Positions 18,336-26,477 of a stretch of DNA of 55,697 nt are shown here, piece by piece. The stretch comes from a virus (taxonomy: Duplodnaviria > Caudoviricetes). Location of the stretch: positions 1-55,697 of IMG/VR virus record IMGVR_UViG_3300018432_000007; one strand, written 5' to 3'. Both the position numbers and the translations under genes were made by a program. Below the pieces are notes generated by a model. It saw only the letters and a list, made by a program, of their open reading frames with translations. It was not told the origin of the DNA and made no database searches. Numbering within the stretch: the stretch's first letter is position 1; the number at the start of each line of letters is the position of its first letter.

Positions 18336-19237
18336 CGCACCATTTCGAGGTCAGCGGGCGAGAACGCGCCCAGAACACCGCTCGCGGTGCGGGCGTACAC
18401 GGGCTTGGCGAGCGGGTGATTGGCAACGATCTGCTCGACGGTCATGGGCTCGGACCACTCGCTGCCCGCGAACTCCGGCAGGGTGCAGCGGACGGTGTCG
18501 CCCAGCGCGAATGTGTTCTGCGCGGACAGGAGCACCTTGCAGCGCGCCTCGGCTGCGGTGATCGCGTCCCGCCGGTCGTCGCGCGGCGCCGGGGTCACCG
18601 TGCGCAGCGCGGTGACATAGCCCGTGCGGCGGCGCTGGCGTGACGGCGAGTTGCCGATCGTGTCCTCGGTGACGAGCCACACGTATGTACGGCCCTCGGC
18701 GTCACGGCTCTCGGAACCGCCCAGGGGAGCCTCGACAACCACGTAGCGAACGCCCTGGTTCTTCGCGTACTGCGGGCTGTCCTCACGGAACTCGACGACG
18801 GCGCCGACCGCCGGGGCGGTGGTGGGGCTGGCGATCTCGGTGCTCATGGTGTCTCCCTCGGTGACGGGGTCGGCACTAGTTTCGCTGGTCACCTCGGAAA
18901 AGACCGGGTCGAAGTCGGACAGCACGGCGCACGCGCGGTCTGCCAGCGCCGAGTCGAAGTTGTCGCGCTTCATCTCGCGGATCACCTTGCGAGCCTGCTC
19001 CACGGTCATCTCGGGCTCATCCTCGACGACGCGCACGAAGACCACGGAGCCCAGCGCGGTGGGGTTGAACGTGTACACGCCATCCTTGCTGCCACCGTGC
19101 ACGTACCCCTTGCCCGCGATCGCCATCACGTGGAACTTGGCCGCGACAGCGGGGAGACCTACGCGGTACTTCCGGCTCGGCGCGCCATCGAGGGCGTTGC
19201 CGTGGCGGTCGGTCTGAGTAGCGGTGTACGTCTTCAT
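18332..19237 (-). CDS. Hypothetical multi-domain protein, probable fusion with internal start at 18847
   Basis: MKTYTATQTDRHGNALDGAPSRKY...DGVYTFNP; internal cassette remnant with SD and ATG. Confidence 0.7.
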   Translation of the reverse strand: MKTYTATQTDRHGNALDGAPSRKYRVGLPAVAAKFHVMAIAGKGYVHGGSKDGVYTFNPTALGSVVFVRVVEDEPEMTVEQARKVIREMKRDNFDSALADRACAVLSDFDPVFSEVTSETSADPVTEGDTMSTEIASPTTAPAVGAVVEFREDSPQYAKNQGVRYVVVEAPLGGSESRDAEGRTYVWLVTEDTIGNSPSRQRRRTGYVTALRTVTPAPRDDRRDAITAAEARCKVLLSAQNTFALGDTVRCTLPEFAGSEWSEPMTVEQIVANHPLAKPVYARTASGVLGAFSPADLEMVR

Positions 19238-19314
19238 GATGTCTCCCTGGGTGACTCTGGTCGGGACTCGCTCCCTGACCTCTGACAGAACAGTACCACA
19301 TGCATGTGGGGTCA
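19238..19314 (-). promoter_or_regulatory. Promoter-hairpin cassette C
   Basis: CCACATGCATGTGG (19296-19309), TACTGT, hairpin GGTC-A-GGGA-gcgag-TCCC-GACC (19259-19280). Confidence 0.85.
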
Positions 19315-19346
19315 CGCGCGGGTGGCGCATGACCCCACGGTGCGGA

Positions 19347-19679
19347 TCAGCGAGGACGATTGCCCACCATGTGGTCGGCGGCGAGCGGGACGATCGAGTA
19401 GCGGCCGATCGCGGCGGCGAGGCCAGCGTGGGTCAGGCTGCCCTTGGACTTGCCCGGCGTCGGGATCATCGCGTCACCCTCGGTGGGGCGCCCGACCTCC
19501 TCAAGCACCTCACGCACCACGTAGCGGATGCCGACGCTGTCCACCTCGGTGACCTCGCAGAGCGTGGTGAAAGAGTGGATGTGCTTCGACCCGTCGGTGG
19601 CGGTCCAGAAATGTCCCTCGTTCTTCTGGAACTGGGCGCCGACCGTGACGGTGGTCTGCTGGCGGGTGCTGCGGCTCAT
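19347..19679 (-). CDS. Hypothetical protein behind cassette D
   Basis: GGGAG SD; MSRSTRQQTTVTVG... Confidence 0.7.
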   Translation of the reverse strand: MSRSTRQQTTVTVGAQFQKNEGHFWTATDGSKHIHSFTTLCEVTEVDSVGIRYVVREVLEEVGRPTEGDAMIPTPGKSKGSLTHAGLAAAIGRYSIVPLAADHMVGNRPR

Positions 19680-19753
19680 GGTGTCTCCCGTGTGACTGGG
19701 TCGGGACTCTCTCCCTGACCTCGTGACAGAACAGTACCACATTCATGTGGGGT
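19680..19753 (-). promoter_or_regulatory. Promoter-hairpin cassette D
   Basis: CCACATTCATGTGG (19737-19750), TACTGT, hairpin GGTC-A-GGGA-gagag-TCCC-GACC (19699-19720). Confidence 0.85.
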
Positions 19754-19757
19754 GCCG

Positions 19758-20345
19758 TCACGTGGTGGCCACCTTTTCCAGCCAGCGGTGCAGTTCCCGT
19801 ACGTGGCGCGCGTCCGCGAGCGCATGATGCGCGGCGCGCTCCTGGGTGGGCGGGTTCCCGTCGAACGCCCACACGCGCGCCCCGACCAGCCGGCTCGCTT
19901 CCTGCTGGATGTCGTTGGTGTACATCGGGATCCCTGCGGGGAGCTCGACCATCGAGCCGAACAACTGCGCGAGCAGCACGTGGTCATACGCCGCGTAGTC
20001 GGCCCAGAGCTCGACGGGTCCGCCGGCGGCCAGGATGAACTCGCGCACCTCGCGGGCGATCGTCTCGCGGCGCTTCACGACCGGGTCCCCGTAGTGGAAC
20101 AGCCACCGCTTGCCCATGCTGTTGCGCATGTCGCCCGAGCCCTTGGGGAGCTGCGGCACAACGTGGTCCATCAGCCACCGGTGGCGCTTGATACGGCGGA
20201 CGGGCATGTCCCGGTTGACCGCGTAATACTCGCGCCCGTCCTCGCTGACCATGCCGATCGAGATCGGCTCGATGGTGCGTCCGTCCTCGATAAATTCGGT
20301 GTCGTACCAGATGCGGGTCACGGGGTTCTGCTCGGTGGTGGCCAT
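19758..20345 (-). CDS. DEDDh 3'-5' exoribonuclease (Rv2179c/RNase AS-like)
   Basis: YDTEFIEDG.TI..ISIG.V.EDGREYYA, LWA.YAAYDHV and H.ALADA motifs. Confidence 0.88.
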   Translation of the reverse strand: MATTEQNPVTRIWYDTEFIEDGRTIEPISIGMVSEDGREYYAVNRDMPVRRIKRHRWLMDHVVPQLPKGSGDMRNSMGKRWLFHYGDPVVKRRETIAREVREFILAAGGPVELWADYAAYDHVLLAQLFGSMVELPAGIPMYTNDIQQEASRLVGARVWAFDGNPPTQERAAHHALADARHVRELHRWLEKVATT

Positions 20346-20355
20346 GGCGGTCATG

Positions 20356-20545
20356 GTGTCAGACCAAGCCGTCACAGCGGTGACACGGGGTGTTGTGCTG
20401 GTGCTGTGTCACCGGGCTGTGTCAGTGCCGCAGCCGCGCGTTTCCGGGGCTGTAAGGGCGTGTCAGGCCGGGAACGCCCGTAGGGCCCCCGCGCACGCGC
20501 GCGGGGGCCCTACGGGGTCTGTGGCGATCTGCTGACACGTGACAC
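20356..20545. repeat. Cluster of seven TGACAC/GTGTCA hexamers
   Basis: At 20356, 20381, 20406, 20419, 20460, 20533 and 20540, in intergenic DNA. Confidence 0.7.
20477..20516. terminator. Terminator-like hairpin
   Basis: CCCGTAGGGCCCCCGCGC/GCGCGGGGGCCCTACGGG. Confidence 0.75.
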
Positions 20546-20582
20546 AGGTGGAGCGGCGCCCGTGGGCGCCGCTCCGGTCGTG

Positions 20583-20741
20583 CTAGCCCTGCGGGCGTGG
20601 ATCCCCGTTGCCGGGGTGCTCGTCCTTGAGGTGCTGCACCAGCGCTGAGAAGTTCCTGCACCTCTCGCCGCACTGGTCGCACTTGGGCTTGCCCAGCATC
20701 CCGTCGGCGATCTTGTCCAGTTCGTCACCCGTGGGTGGCAT
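20583..20741 (-). CDS. 52-aa protein with one C2H2 zinc finger (not in the ORF track)
   Basis: MPPTGDELDKIADGMLGKPKCDQCGERCRNFSALVQHLKDEHPGNGDPRPQG; SD AGGAGG. Confidence 0.75.
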   Translation of the reverse strand: MPPTGDELDKIADGMLGKPKCDQCGERCRNFSALVQHLKDEHPGNGDPRPQG

Positions 20742-20817
20742 GTTGACCTCCTGGTCTCCGGGCCGGGGCGGTTCCCCTGACCTCGTACCCTCAGATTACC
20801 ACATGCATGTGGGGTCA
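20742..20817 (-). promoter_or_regulatory. Promoter-hairpin cassette E
   Basis: CCACATGCATGTGG (20799-20812), TAATCT, hairpin GGTC-A-GGGG-aaccg-CCCC-GGCC (20761-20782). Confidence 0.85.
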
Positions 20818-21009
20818 GGTGTACGCCTTGCCGCTCTCGCGGACGACGTCGCCCGCGAACTCGGAGATCTGCCCCTCGTCGCTCGTGGTGAGCGTCCCCG
20901 TCTGCTGCCCGGCTGCGTTGCACACCACGATGTGCAACGCGCCGTCCCTGTGCACCACGTGCACTGTGCAAGGTGCGCCGGTGTTGCCGATCGTCCACTT
21001 GGTGGCCAT
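20815..21009 (-). CDS. Small hypothetical protein
   Basis: GAGAGGA SD; 64 aa. Confidence 0.65.
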   Translation of the reverse strand: MATKWTIGNTGAPCTVHVVHRDGALHIVVCNAAGQQTGTLTTSDEGQISEFAGDVVRESGKAYT

Positions 21010-21039
21010 CGTCGTTCCTCTCGGTCGGTGAGTTGCAGG

Positions 21040-22203
21040 TCAGCCCATGGCCGCGATGACCACGTCACGGTCGTTGTATGCAGTGCGCAGGCTCGCCTTG
21101 AAACCTGCAGCGAGCAGGGCCTTGTGCACCATGTCCCCGGTTGCATCGCGGTGCTGCTGCAAGAACTCGCGGACCACCTCGCGCCGGTCGGTCACCGTGG
21201 CGTTCTTGGGGGTCTCGACGGGCCGACGCGCAGTGGGCAGGTCGGCCAGGATTGCAGACGCCTCCCGCTGCACAGCGGCTGCAGCCCGGGCGGCGTACTC
21301 GTGCACATCTGCAGTTGCAGGCCCTGCAGTTGCAGGCTCGGGCTGCAGGTCTGCAGGTGCAGATGCAACTGCAACGGGGTGTGCAACTGCAGGTGCAGAC
21401 TGCAGAACCTGCACGTGTGCAGCATCTGCAGGTGCAGGCTGCACGTGGTCTGCAACTGCAATCAGGTCGCCCTGCATCTTGTGTGCAGTGCTGGCCGCGA
21501 TCGCTGCAACCGAGACGCGGACCTGCTCGGCGTACTGCGCAGACCGCAGCCACGCGCCCAGTTCGGCGTCCCGCTCCTCGCGGGGCACGTGCTTGGCGAT
21601 CCGGCGCGCAGCGGCACGGGCCCGCGCAGCGGCCAGAGGAGCGCGCCAGGAGCCGTGTGCCAGCCCCTCGGCCTCTCCGGCCTTGAAGAACCGGTACAGG
21701 AGCGTGTGGCGGCTCTCCTGGGCCCGGTGGGCACGGTGCCGTGCACCACAGAACAGGTGGATCACCAGTTCCCAGAGCCCGGCGGCGAGGAACGGCGCGA
21801 ACATGCGCCACCCGGCAGCCGACGCAGCGGCGGACAGGGTCAGGTTCCCGGCCAGGTACTCCATGATCTCGAACAGGGCACCGAACAGCCCCGAGACGCC
21901 GGACAGCGCCCACGTCGCGGTGCGGAACACTGCGGTCGGCTGGAGCCGGTACGCCTCGATGAACGTGGCCCCGGCGACCACGGCCAGGGCCAGTTCGATG
22001 ACGCCGCCGAACAGGTAGGACGTGATCTCGGGCAGTTGCATGACGTTCTGCGCGAACGCCACGCCACCCAGGTAGGCCGCGCCGTTGGCGACGACGGCGA
22101 CGAGCAGCACGGCAAACGTGAGCGCGATCAGCAGCCGGCGGATGAATGCAGGCTCGGCCATGTGTGCAGGAGCTGCAGGCGTGGTGGTGTGGTCGGTGTG
22201 CAC
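21040..22203 (-). CDS. Membrane-anchored protein with about 4 TM helices, an Ala/Pro linker and a C-terminal HTH (DUF2637/Spd-like architecture)
   Basis: Hydrophobic N-half; C-term 'DRREVVREFL...VHKALLAAGFKASLRTAYND'; GTG after AGAGGA. Confidence 0.7.
   Translation of the reverse strand: MHTDHTTTPAAPAHMAEPAFIRRLLIALTFAVLLVAVVANGAAYLGGVAFAQNVMQLPEITSYLFGGVIELALAVVAGATFIEAYRLQPTAVFRTATWALSGVSGLFGALFEIMEYLAGNLTLSAAASAAGWRMFAPFLAAGLWELVIHLFCGARHRAHRAQESRHTLLYRFFKAGEAEGLAHGSWRAPLAAARARAAARRIAKHVPREERDAELGAWLRSAQYAEQVRVSVAAIAASTAHKMQGDLIAVADHVQPAPADAAHVQVLQSAPAVAHPVAVASAPADLQPEPATAGPATADVHEYAARAAAAVQREASAILADLPTARRPVETPKNATVTDRREVVREFLQQHRDATGDMVHKALLAAGFKASLRTAYNDRDVVIAAMG
21252..21509. repeat. 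Dense TGCA array within the linker-coding DNA
   Basis: About 27 TGCA in about 260 bp by manual count, often 6 bp apart. Confidence 0.9.
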
Positions 22204-22447
22204 TGGGATTCCTCTCTGTGCAGGCGGTCGGGACTCGTTCCCTGACCTGGTCCGCAGACCGTACCACATGCATGTGGGATTGCACATGCATGTGTGCAGA
22301 CGCTGTTACGGATGCATGCTTGTGACCTGCACAGTTGCAGTTGCACACCGGGATTGCAGATCACCTGCAGAGACCTGTTGCATGGCTTCTGCACATGCAA
22401 GAGGGCCCGTTGCACACCTGGTGTGCAACGGGCTCTCGGTTCTGCAG
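22146..22447. repeat. Second TGCA array over the gene start and upstream intergenic DNA
   Basis: About 21 TGCA in about 300 bp, including the hairpin at 22401-22437. Confidence 0.88.
22204..22294 (-). promoter_or_regulatory. Promoter-hairpin cassette F
   Basis: CCACATGCATGTGG (22264-22277) plus extra CACATGCATGTG (22283-22294), TACGGT, hairpin GGTC-A-GGGA-acgag-TCCC-GACC (22226-22247). Confidence 0.85.
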
Positions 22448-22452
22448 ACGGG

Positions 22453-22632
22453 CTACCAGTCGTCTGCGGACTGGATGATCAGCACGCCGCCGAACACGAC
22501 CACACAGCCGATCGCCGCGCACACCCACCACGGGACGGAGACGTCGAACAGTGGCCCGTCGAGCAGCCGGATCGCGAGCGCGATCACTGCGGCGACGAGC
22601 AGCTTCACGACAAACTCAGTGACCGGGTGCAT
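22453..22632 (-). CDS. Small 2-TM protein
   Basis: MHPVTEFVVKLLVAAVIAL... Confidence 0.55.
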   Translation of the reverse strand: MHPVTEFVVKLLVAAVIALAIRLLDGPLFDVSVPWWVCAAIGCVVVFGGVLIIQSADDW

Positions 22633-22900
22633 GCCGTGGTCCTGGCTCGGGTATGAAGGTGACGAACGACTCCGCACGGGTACCGGCTTCCATGGCCTGG
22701 TGGTTCGCGAGCTGGCGGTAGATCCCGGGCCCGAACGTGCCGATCGAGGCGCCGCAGCCGCAGATGGATCCGCCGGCGTACCCGACGCGGGGCGGGTCGC
22801 TCTTGTCCGGCTCGACGTGGACGTGGTCGAACAGGATGTTCCCCAGCACTTCCAGGTCCACCACGACGCGGAACAGCGGCACGGTGGGATCGTCTGTCAC
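22616..22900 (-). CDS. Hypothetical protein
   Basis: GTGA-coupled ORF. Confidence 0.55.
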   Translation of the reverse strand: MTDDPTVPLFRVVVDLEVLGNILFDHVHVEPDKSDPPRVGYAGGSICGCGASIGTFGPGIYRQLANHQAMEAGTRAESFVTFIPEPGPRHAPGH

Positions 22901-23559
22901 TGGGGTACCTCCGGCGGACCGATCAGTGCCGTGGGAGTGGCGAGGTAGTTGGTGCGGTACACCCAGCAGTAAGCGGACACGTCCCCGTCCTGCACCTTGA
23001 ACCAGGTCGTGTTCTTGATCTCGTCGTTCCCCGAGATCATGCTCACGGAGTCAGCTGTGAACGCGGCCACGGGGACGTCGTTCTGGGTCTTGATCACCAC
23101 GAGCATGTCGCGGCCGGTGAACAACCCGCGGGCCCGGGTCTGCAGCACGTTCAACCACGGCACGCCGGGCTCGGTGGACGTCGCGGCGACCTCGATGTCT
23201 GCGCGGTCGAGCATGGTCACGCCGGTGTCGCAGATCATCGCGGACGAGCCGACCAGGTCCACGACGTGCTTCCCGACAGACACCGACACCACGGCGCCCT
23301 TCTCGGTCGAGCCGTCGTCAGTCGACGTGTCGTGCTCGGGGTTGTGGAACGGGTAGATCGACTTTCCGGTGATGACCGTGGTGGTCTGGCCGGTGTTGTT
23401 GTCGTACGTGTACAGGGTGGCCTCGCGGCCCTGCCACCGGGCTTTGGCGTCGTCCACGCTGAACTCGGCGCCCTCGCAGCCAGAGAGCGCGGTCAGTGGT
23501 GCGATGACGAGGGCAGCGAGCGCCATGGTGATGCGGTGTGCTCGGGGTGTGATTCTCAT
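22897..23559 (-). CDS. Lipoprotein (DUF5052-like)
   Basis: Signal peptide with lipobox LSGC; 'TYD..G....I.GKSI' and 'VGSS.I' motifs. Confidence 0.7.
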   Translation of the reverse strand: MRITPRAHRITMALAALVIAPLTALSGCEGAEFSVDDAKARWQGREATLYTYDNNTGQTTTVITGKSIYPFHNPEHDTSTDDGSTEKGAVVSVSVGKHVVDLVGSSAMICDTGVTMLDRADIEVAATSTEPGVPWLNVLQTRARGLFTGRDMLVVIKTQNDVPVAAFTADSVSMISGNDEIKNTTWFKVQDGDVSAYCWVYRTNYLATPTALIGPPEVPQ

Positions 23560-23945
23560 GCGGGCTTGGTCTCCGTCGGGGTGTCGTCGGTGGGCGGGGT
23601 GGCCGGTTCGGGTGCGGTGAAGATCTTCACGAACTGTCGGAAGCCGTCATCCTGGACGACGTCCTGCACCATGGCGTGCGTGGCGCGGAGTTCGTACAGC
23701 CGCTCGAACCTTGGGCGCATGCGCGAGGCGCCGATACCCCAGGGGATCGTGATCAGGACGCCGAACGTGATCACCCACCACGGTGCGTCGTCCTGGATCA
23801 GTTTCGCTGTGCTCGCGGTCATGATCACACCGCCCGTCAGCCATGCGGCGAGCTGGGCACGCAGGATCCAGTGGGCGCGCCGCAGGCCCTTCTCGATCTG
23901 TTCGGCGTGCTCGGGGAACGCGTCTAGTGCCTCGGTGAAGTTCAC
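23556..23945 (-). CDS. 2-TM membrane protein
   Basis: MNFTEALDAFPE...; coupled ORF. Confidence 0.6.
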   Translation of the reverse strand: MNFTEALDAFPEHAEQIEKGLRRAHWILRAQLAAWLTGGVIMTASTAKLIQDDAPWWVITFGVLITIPWGIGASRMRPRFERLYELRATHAMVQDVVQDDGFRQFVKIFTAPEPATPPTDDTPTETKPA

Positions 23946-24475
23946 GTGTGCCTCTCGGTGATCTGGTCCCCACCGGCGCGTCGCAGGCCGGTGAAGATGT
24001 CGTCTATGTCGGTGCGGGTGAGTTGGGGGTACTCGCCCAGGACGTACCGCAGTCGAGCGTCCATGTGCGCGGCCACGGCTGTCTGATGCCAGTTGGTGGC
24101 CATCTGCCGGGCCTCGTCCGGGCTCAGAGATCCACCCATGGATCCCCGGCCGATGTGCACGTACGGCTCGCCGGTGTGGGCGCCGGCTACAGCCTCGATC
24201 CGCAGCGCCGATTTGCCGCGGCCCATCGGCCGGTGGTCGCGGACGTCGCGCAGGAACGCGCCGATCGTCTGGACGTTGGCGCCGAGACGGCGTTCCATCA
24301 CGCGGATCAGCGCTATGTCCGTCTCGGCGCGCGATGCCGCGTCGGTCAGGTCCTGGGCGGTCGTGGTCACGATGGTGGGCGTGAGGACGGTGCGGATTGG
24401 GCCCCATTCCAGGGTGCACACCGCGGTGCCGGTGTCGTCTACGCCGGAGTAGATGTTCACGTTGTCGTCGGTCAT
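23942..24475 (-). CDS. Hypothetical protein
   Basis: MTDDNVNIYSGV...; internal pseudo-repeat 'LTP....A/LSPDEARQMA'. Confidence 0.65.
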   Translation of the reverse strand: MTDDNVNIYSGVDDTGTAVCTLEWGPIRTVLTPTIVTTTAQDLTDAASRAETDIALIRVMERRLGANVQTIGAFLRDVRDHRPMGRGKSALRIEAVAGAHTGEPYVHIGRGSMGGSLSPDEARQMATNWHQTAVAAHMDARLRYVLGEYPQLTRTDIDDIFTGLRRAGGDQITERHT

Positions 24476-24882
24476 GCGGGGCCCTCGCCGCGCGCCTTGT
24501 GTCGCAGGTGCCCGGCGTGCGCCGCGGCGTAGATCATGCCGACGCCCCACCCGAGTGCTCCGATCAGCGCGAACCAGGTGTGCCACGTCGGGTCAGGGTT
24601 CACGGCGAGCGTGGCGCCCATGGCACTCACACATCCAGCGAACGCGCCCAGGCACGCGAACGCGACGGCGAGGTAGGCGGTCGCGAGCGATCGCAGATAC
24701 CCGGCCTGCGGGTCCAGGTCGGCGACGGCGCGCAGCGAGCGCCGGGGCTTGGCCGGCGGGTCGGGGTGCAGCGGCACGGGCAGTTCGGCCGGATCGGCCC
24801 CGGCGGCGATCAGGTCCTCGCGCTTGGACGCGAGACGGCGCCCGCGCTCGGCGAGGCGTCGGTGCTGTCGTGGTGTGGTCAT
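24472..24882 (-). CDS. Membrane protein
   Basis: Two C-terminal TM segments; GAGGAG SD. Confidence 0.6.
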   Translation of the reverse strand: MTTPRQHRRLAERGRRLASKREDLIAAGADPAELPVPLHPDPPAKPRRSLRAVADLDPQAGYLRSLATAYLAVAFACLGAFAGCVSAMGATLAVNPDPTWHTWFALIGALGWGVGMIYAAAHAGHLRHKARGEGPA

Positions 24883-25127
24883 GGTCGTTCTCCTCGCATC
24901 GTCGCGGTCAGGCACTCGCCGCACATCTGCTCACCGTCGCCGTTGAACCATCCCAGCTTGCGGCCGGTGAACACCTGCATCGGCGTGTAGTCGTAGTCAT
25001 CGGCCATCGTCCGTTCGCGCCCGCAGTCGGCGCAGACCGGGACTGGGGAAGGGGCGGCGATCACCTCGGCCTGCTCGTCCGCCACCTGCTCCTCGCTGAT
25101 CGGCTCGGTGGCCGGCTGCTCGCTCAC
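24879..25127 (-). CDS. Small CxxC...CxxC protein
   Basis: CADC and CGEC motifs. Confidence 0.6.
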   Translation of the reverse strand: MSEQPATEPISEEQVADEQAEVIAAPSPVPVCADCGRERTMADDYDYTPMQVFTGRKLGWFNGDGEQMCGECLTATMRGERP

Positions 25128-25522
25128 GCGCCGTCCGGGATGACCACGAGACCGACGCCGAGCAGCGCGTCAGCGTTCCGGTAGTACCGGGACTGACGCT
25201 CGATGTTCATCAGGCGCCATTCGTGACCGTCCGATTCCGCGAGTGTCCGGGCAACGTTCTCGCGTTCTTCTGGTGATCGCCAGGAGCGCCGTTCGGGCGC
25301 GACACCCCACACGCTGGGGTCGGACTCGATGCGGTCCCGGATGTACGTCAGCGCCCGCACACGGGTCTCGTACGGCAGGTTCTGCAGCAGGACCAGCACA
25401 CCCTCGATGGTGCTCAGCTCGGGGTCTGTCTGCGTCGTCGTGTAGTTGAACGTCAGCGGGTCCGGGCCCGGCTCGGGCATGGGCTCGGGGTCGCGGCGGG
25501 GATCTTCGTTCTCGGGTCCCAC
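25124..25522 (-). CDS. Hypothetical protein
   Basis: AGGAGG SD before GTG (VGPENEDP...). Confidence 0.55.
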   Translation of the reverse strand: MGPENEDPRRDPEPMPEPGPDPLTFNYTTTQTDPELSTIEGVLVLLQNLPYETRVRALTYIRDRIESDPSVWGVAPERRSWRSPEERENVARTLAESDGHEWRLMNIERQSRYYRNADALLGVGLVVIPDGA

Positions 25523-25565
25523 GGGGTTCCTCCTGTGTGTGGTGTGGTGCAACACGGTAGCGGTG

Positions 25566-25946
25566 TCAGAACAGGGTGTCCTGCACGGGCAGATCGTCGG
25601 GCCACGAACCAGCGTCGCCATAGTCGGTGTCGTCAAGGTCCCAGACCTCGCCGGTGTCCAGGTCGCTGACCTGGTCCAGGTGGCAGCCGGGACAGCGCCG
25701 CACGACGAGCCGCACGTGCGGGTACAGGTCCGCTACGCCGTTGCCGGGCAAGAGCGTCCCGACGGCGCGCAGGTCGGTGTCACGGATCCACCCGCAGCCG
25801 GTGCAGGCCCAGTGGTCGGACGGGACGTGGAACACGAGCGTCGTGCGGCCGGCTAGGCCACCCTCGTCGGTCCAGTCCGACCACTGGACCGGGCGCCCGT
25901 CCCACAGTGGCGGCAGGTCGTGGGGACGGGCGTTCGTGGTCATCAC
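25566..25946 (-). CDS. Zinc-ribbon-like hypothetical protein
   Basis: 'LPPLWDG..V.W', CTGC, RCPGC and 'WDLD..DY...GS'. Confidence 0.7.
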   Translation of the reverse strand: MMTTNARPHDLPPLWDGRPVQWSDWTDEGGLAGRTTLVFHVPSDHWACTGCGWIRDTDLRAVGTLLPGNGVADLYPHVRLVVRRCPGCHLDQVSDLDTGEVWDLDDTDYGDAGSWPDDLPVQDTLF

Positions 25947-26105
25947 GTCAGGATGCCTTGGCCTCTCGCGCCGCGACGGCGAGCTGCCGCGCGGCGTCGT
26001 CCCAGCGGATGCCCTGCGTCCGGGCGTGGTCAGACACCAGCTCGACGATCTCGTCCCACTCCATCGGCGCGAGTTCGCGCCGCAGCGTGGTGAAGGTCCC
26101 GGGGT

Positions 26106-26477
26106 TCATCCGCGGCCCTCACGGTGGGCACGGGCGCGCAGGACCTTGGCTGCGGCACGGTTCGCCGCAGTGTCGATCCCGGCGTTCGCGTCGCGCTCGG
26201 CGTCCGCGGCGACCTTGAGGAGCAGCGACGCCCCGTAGACGCGCGTGGTCAGGGAGTTGGCGCGCTCCTCGCGGCGGGCATAGTCGGCGCCGAACGTGCG
26301 CACCTGGACCATGGCGCCGTAGACCGGCAGTACCTCGGCGAGCGCCTGGACCAGGATGCTCTCGGGGATCTCGCGCAGCTCGGGGTGCCGCTCGCGCATC
26401 ACCTTGACCATCTCGGGAGCGGCGAGGTAGTCGGCGGGCGCTGCCTCGCCGCCGGTGGGGGTCAGGTCGGCGCTCAT
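26106..26477 (-). CDS. Hypothetical protein
   Basis: ATGA-coupled to the initiator gene. Confidence 0.6.
   Translation of the reverse strand: MSADLTPTGGEAAPADYLAAPEMVKVMRERHPELREIPESILVQALAEVLPVYGAMVQVRTFGADYARREERANSLTTRVYGASLLLKVAADAERDANAGIDTAANRAAAKVLRARAHREGRG

Noticed and set aside
16213-22294. Repeated CCACATGCATGTGG units as a CRISPR array or integron attC sites
   Set aside because: Copies are separated by whole genes at irregular distances and each includes a -10 box and SD; no cas or integrase gene
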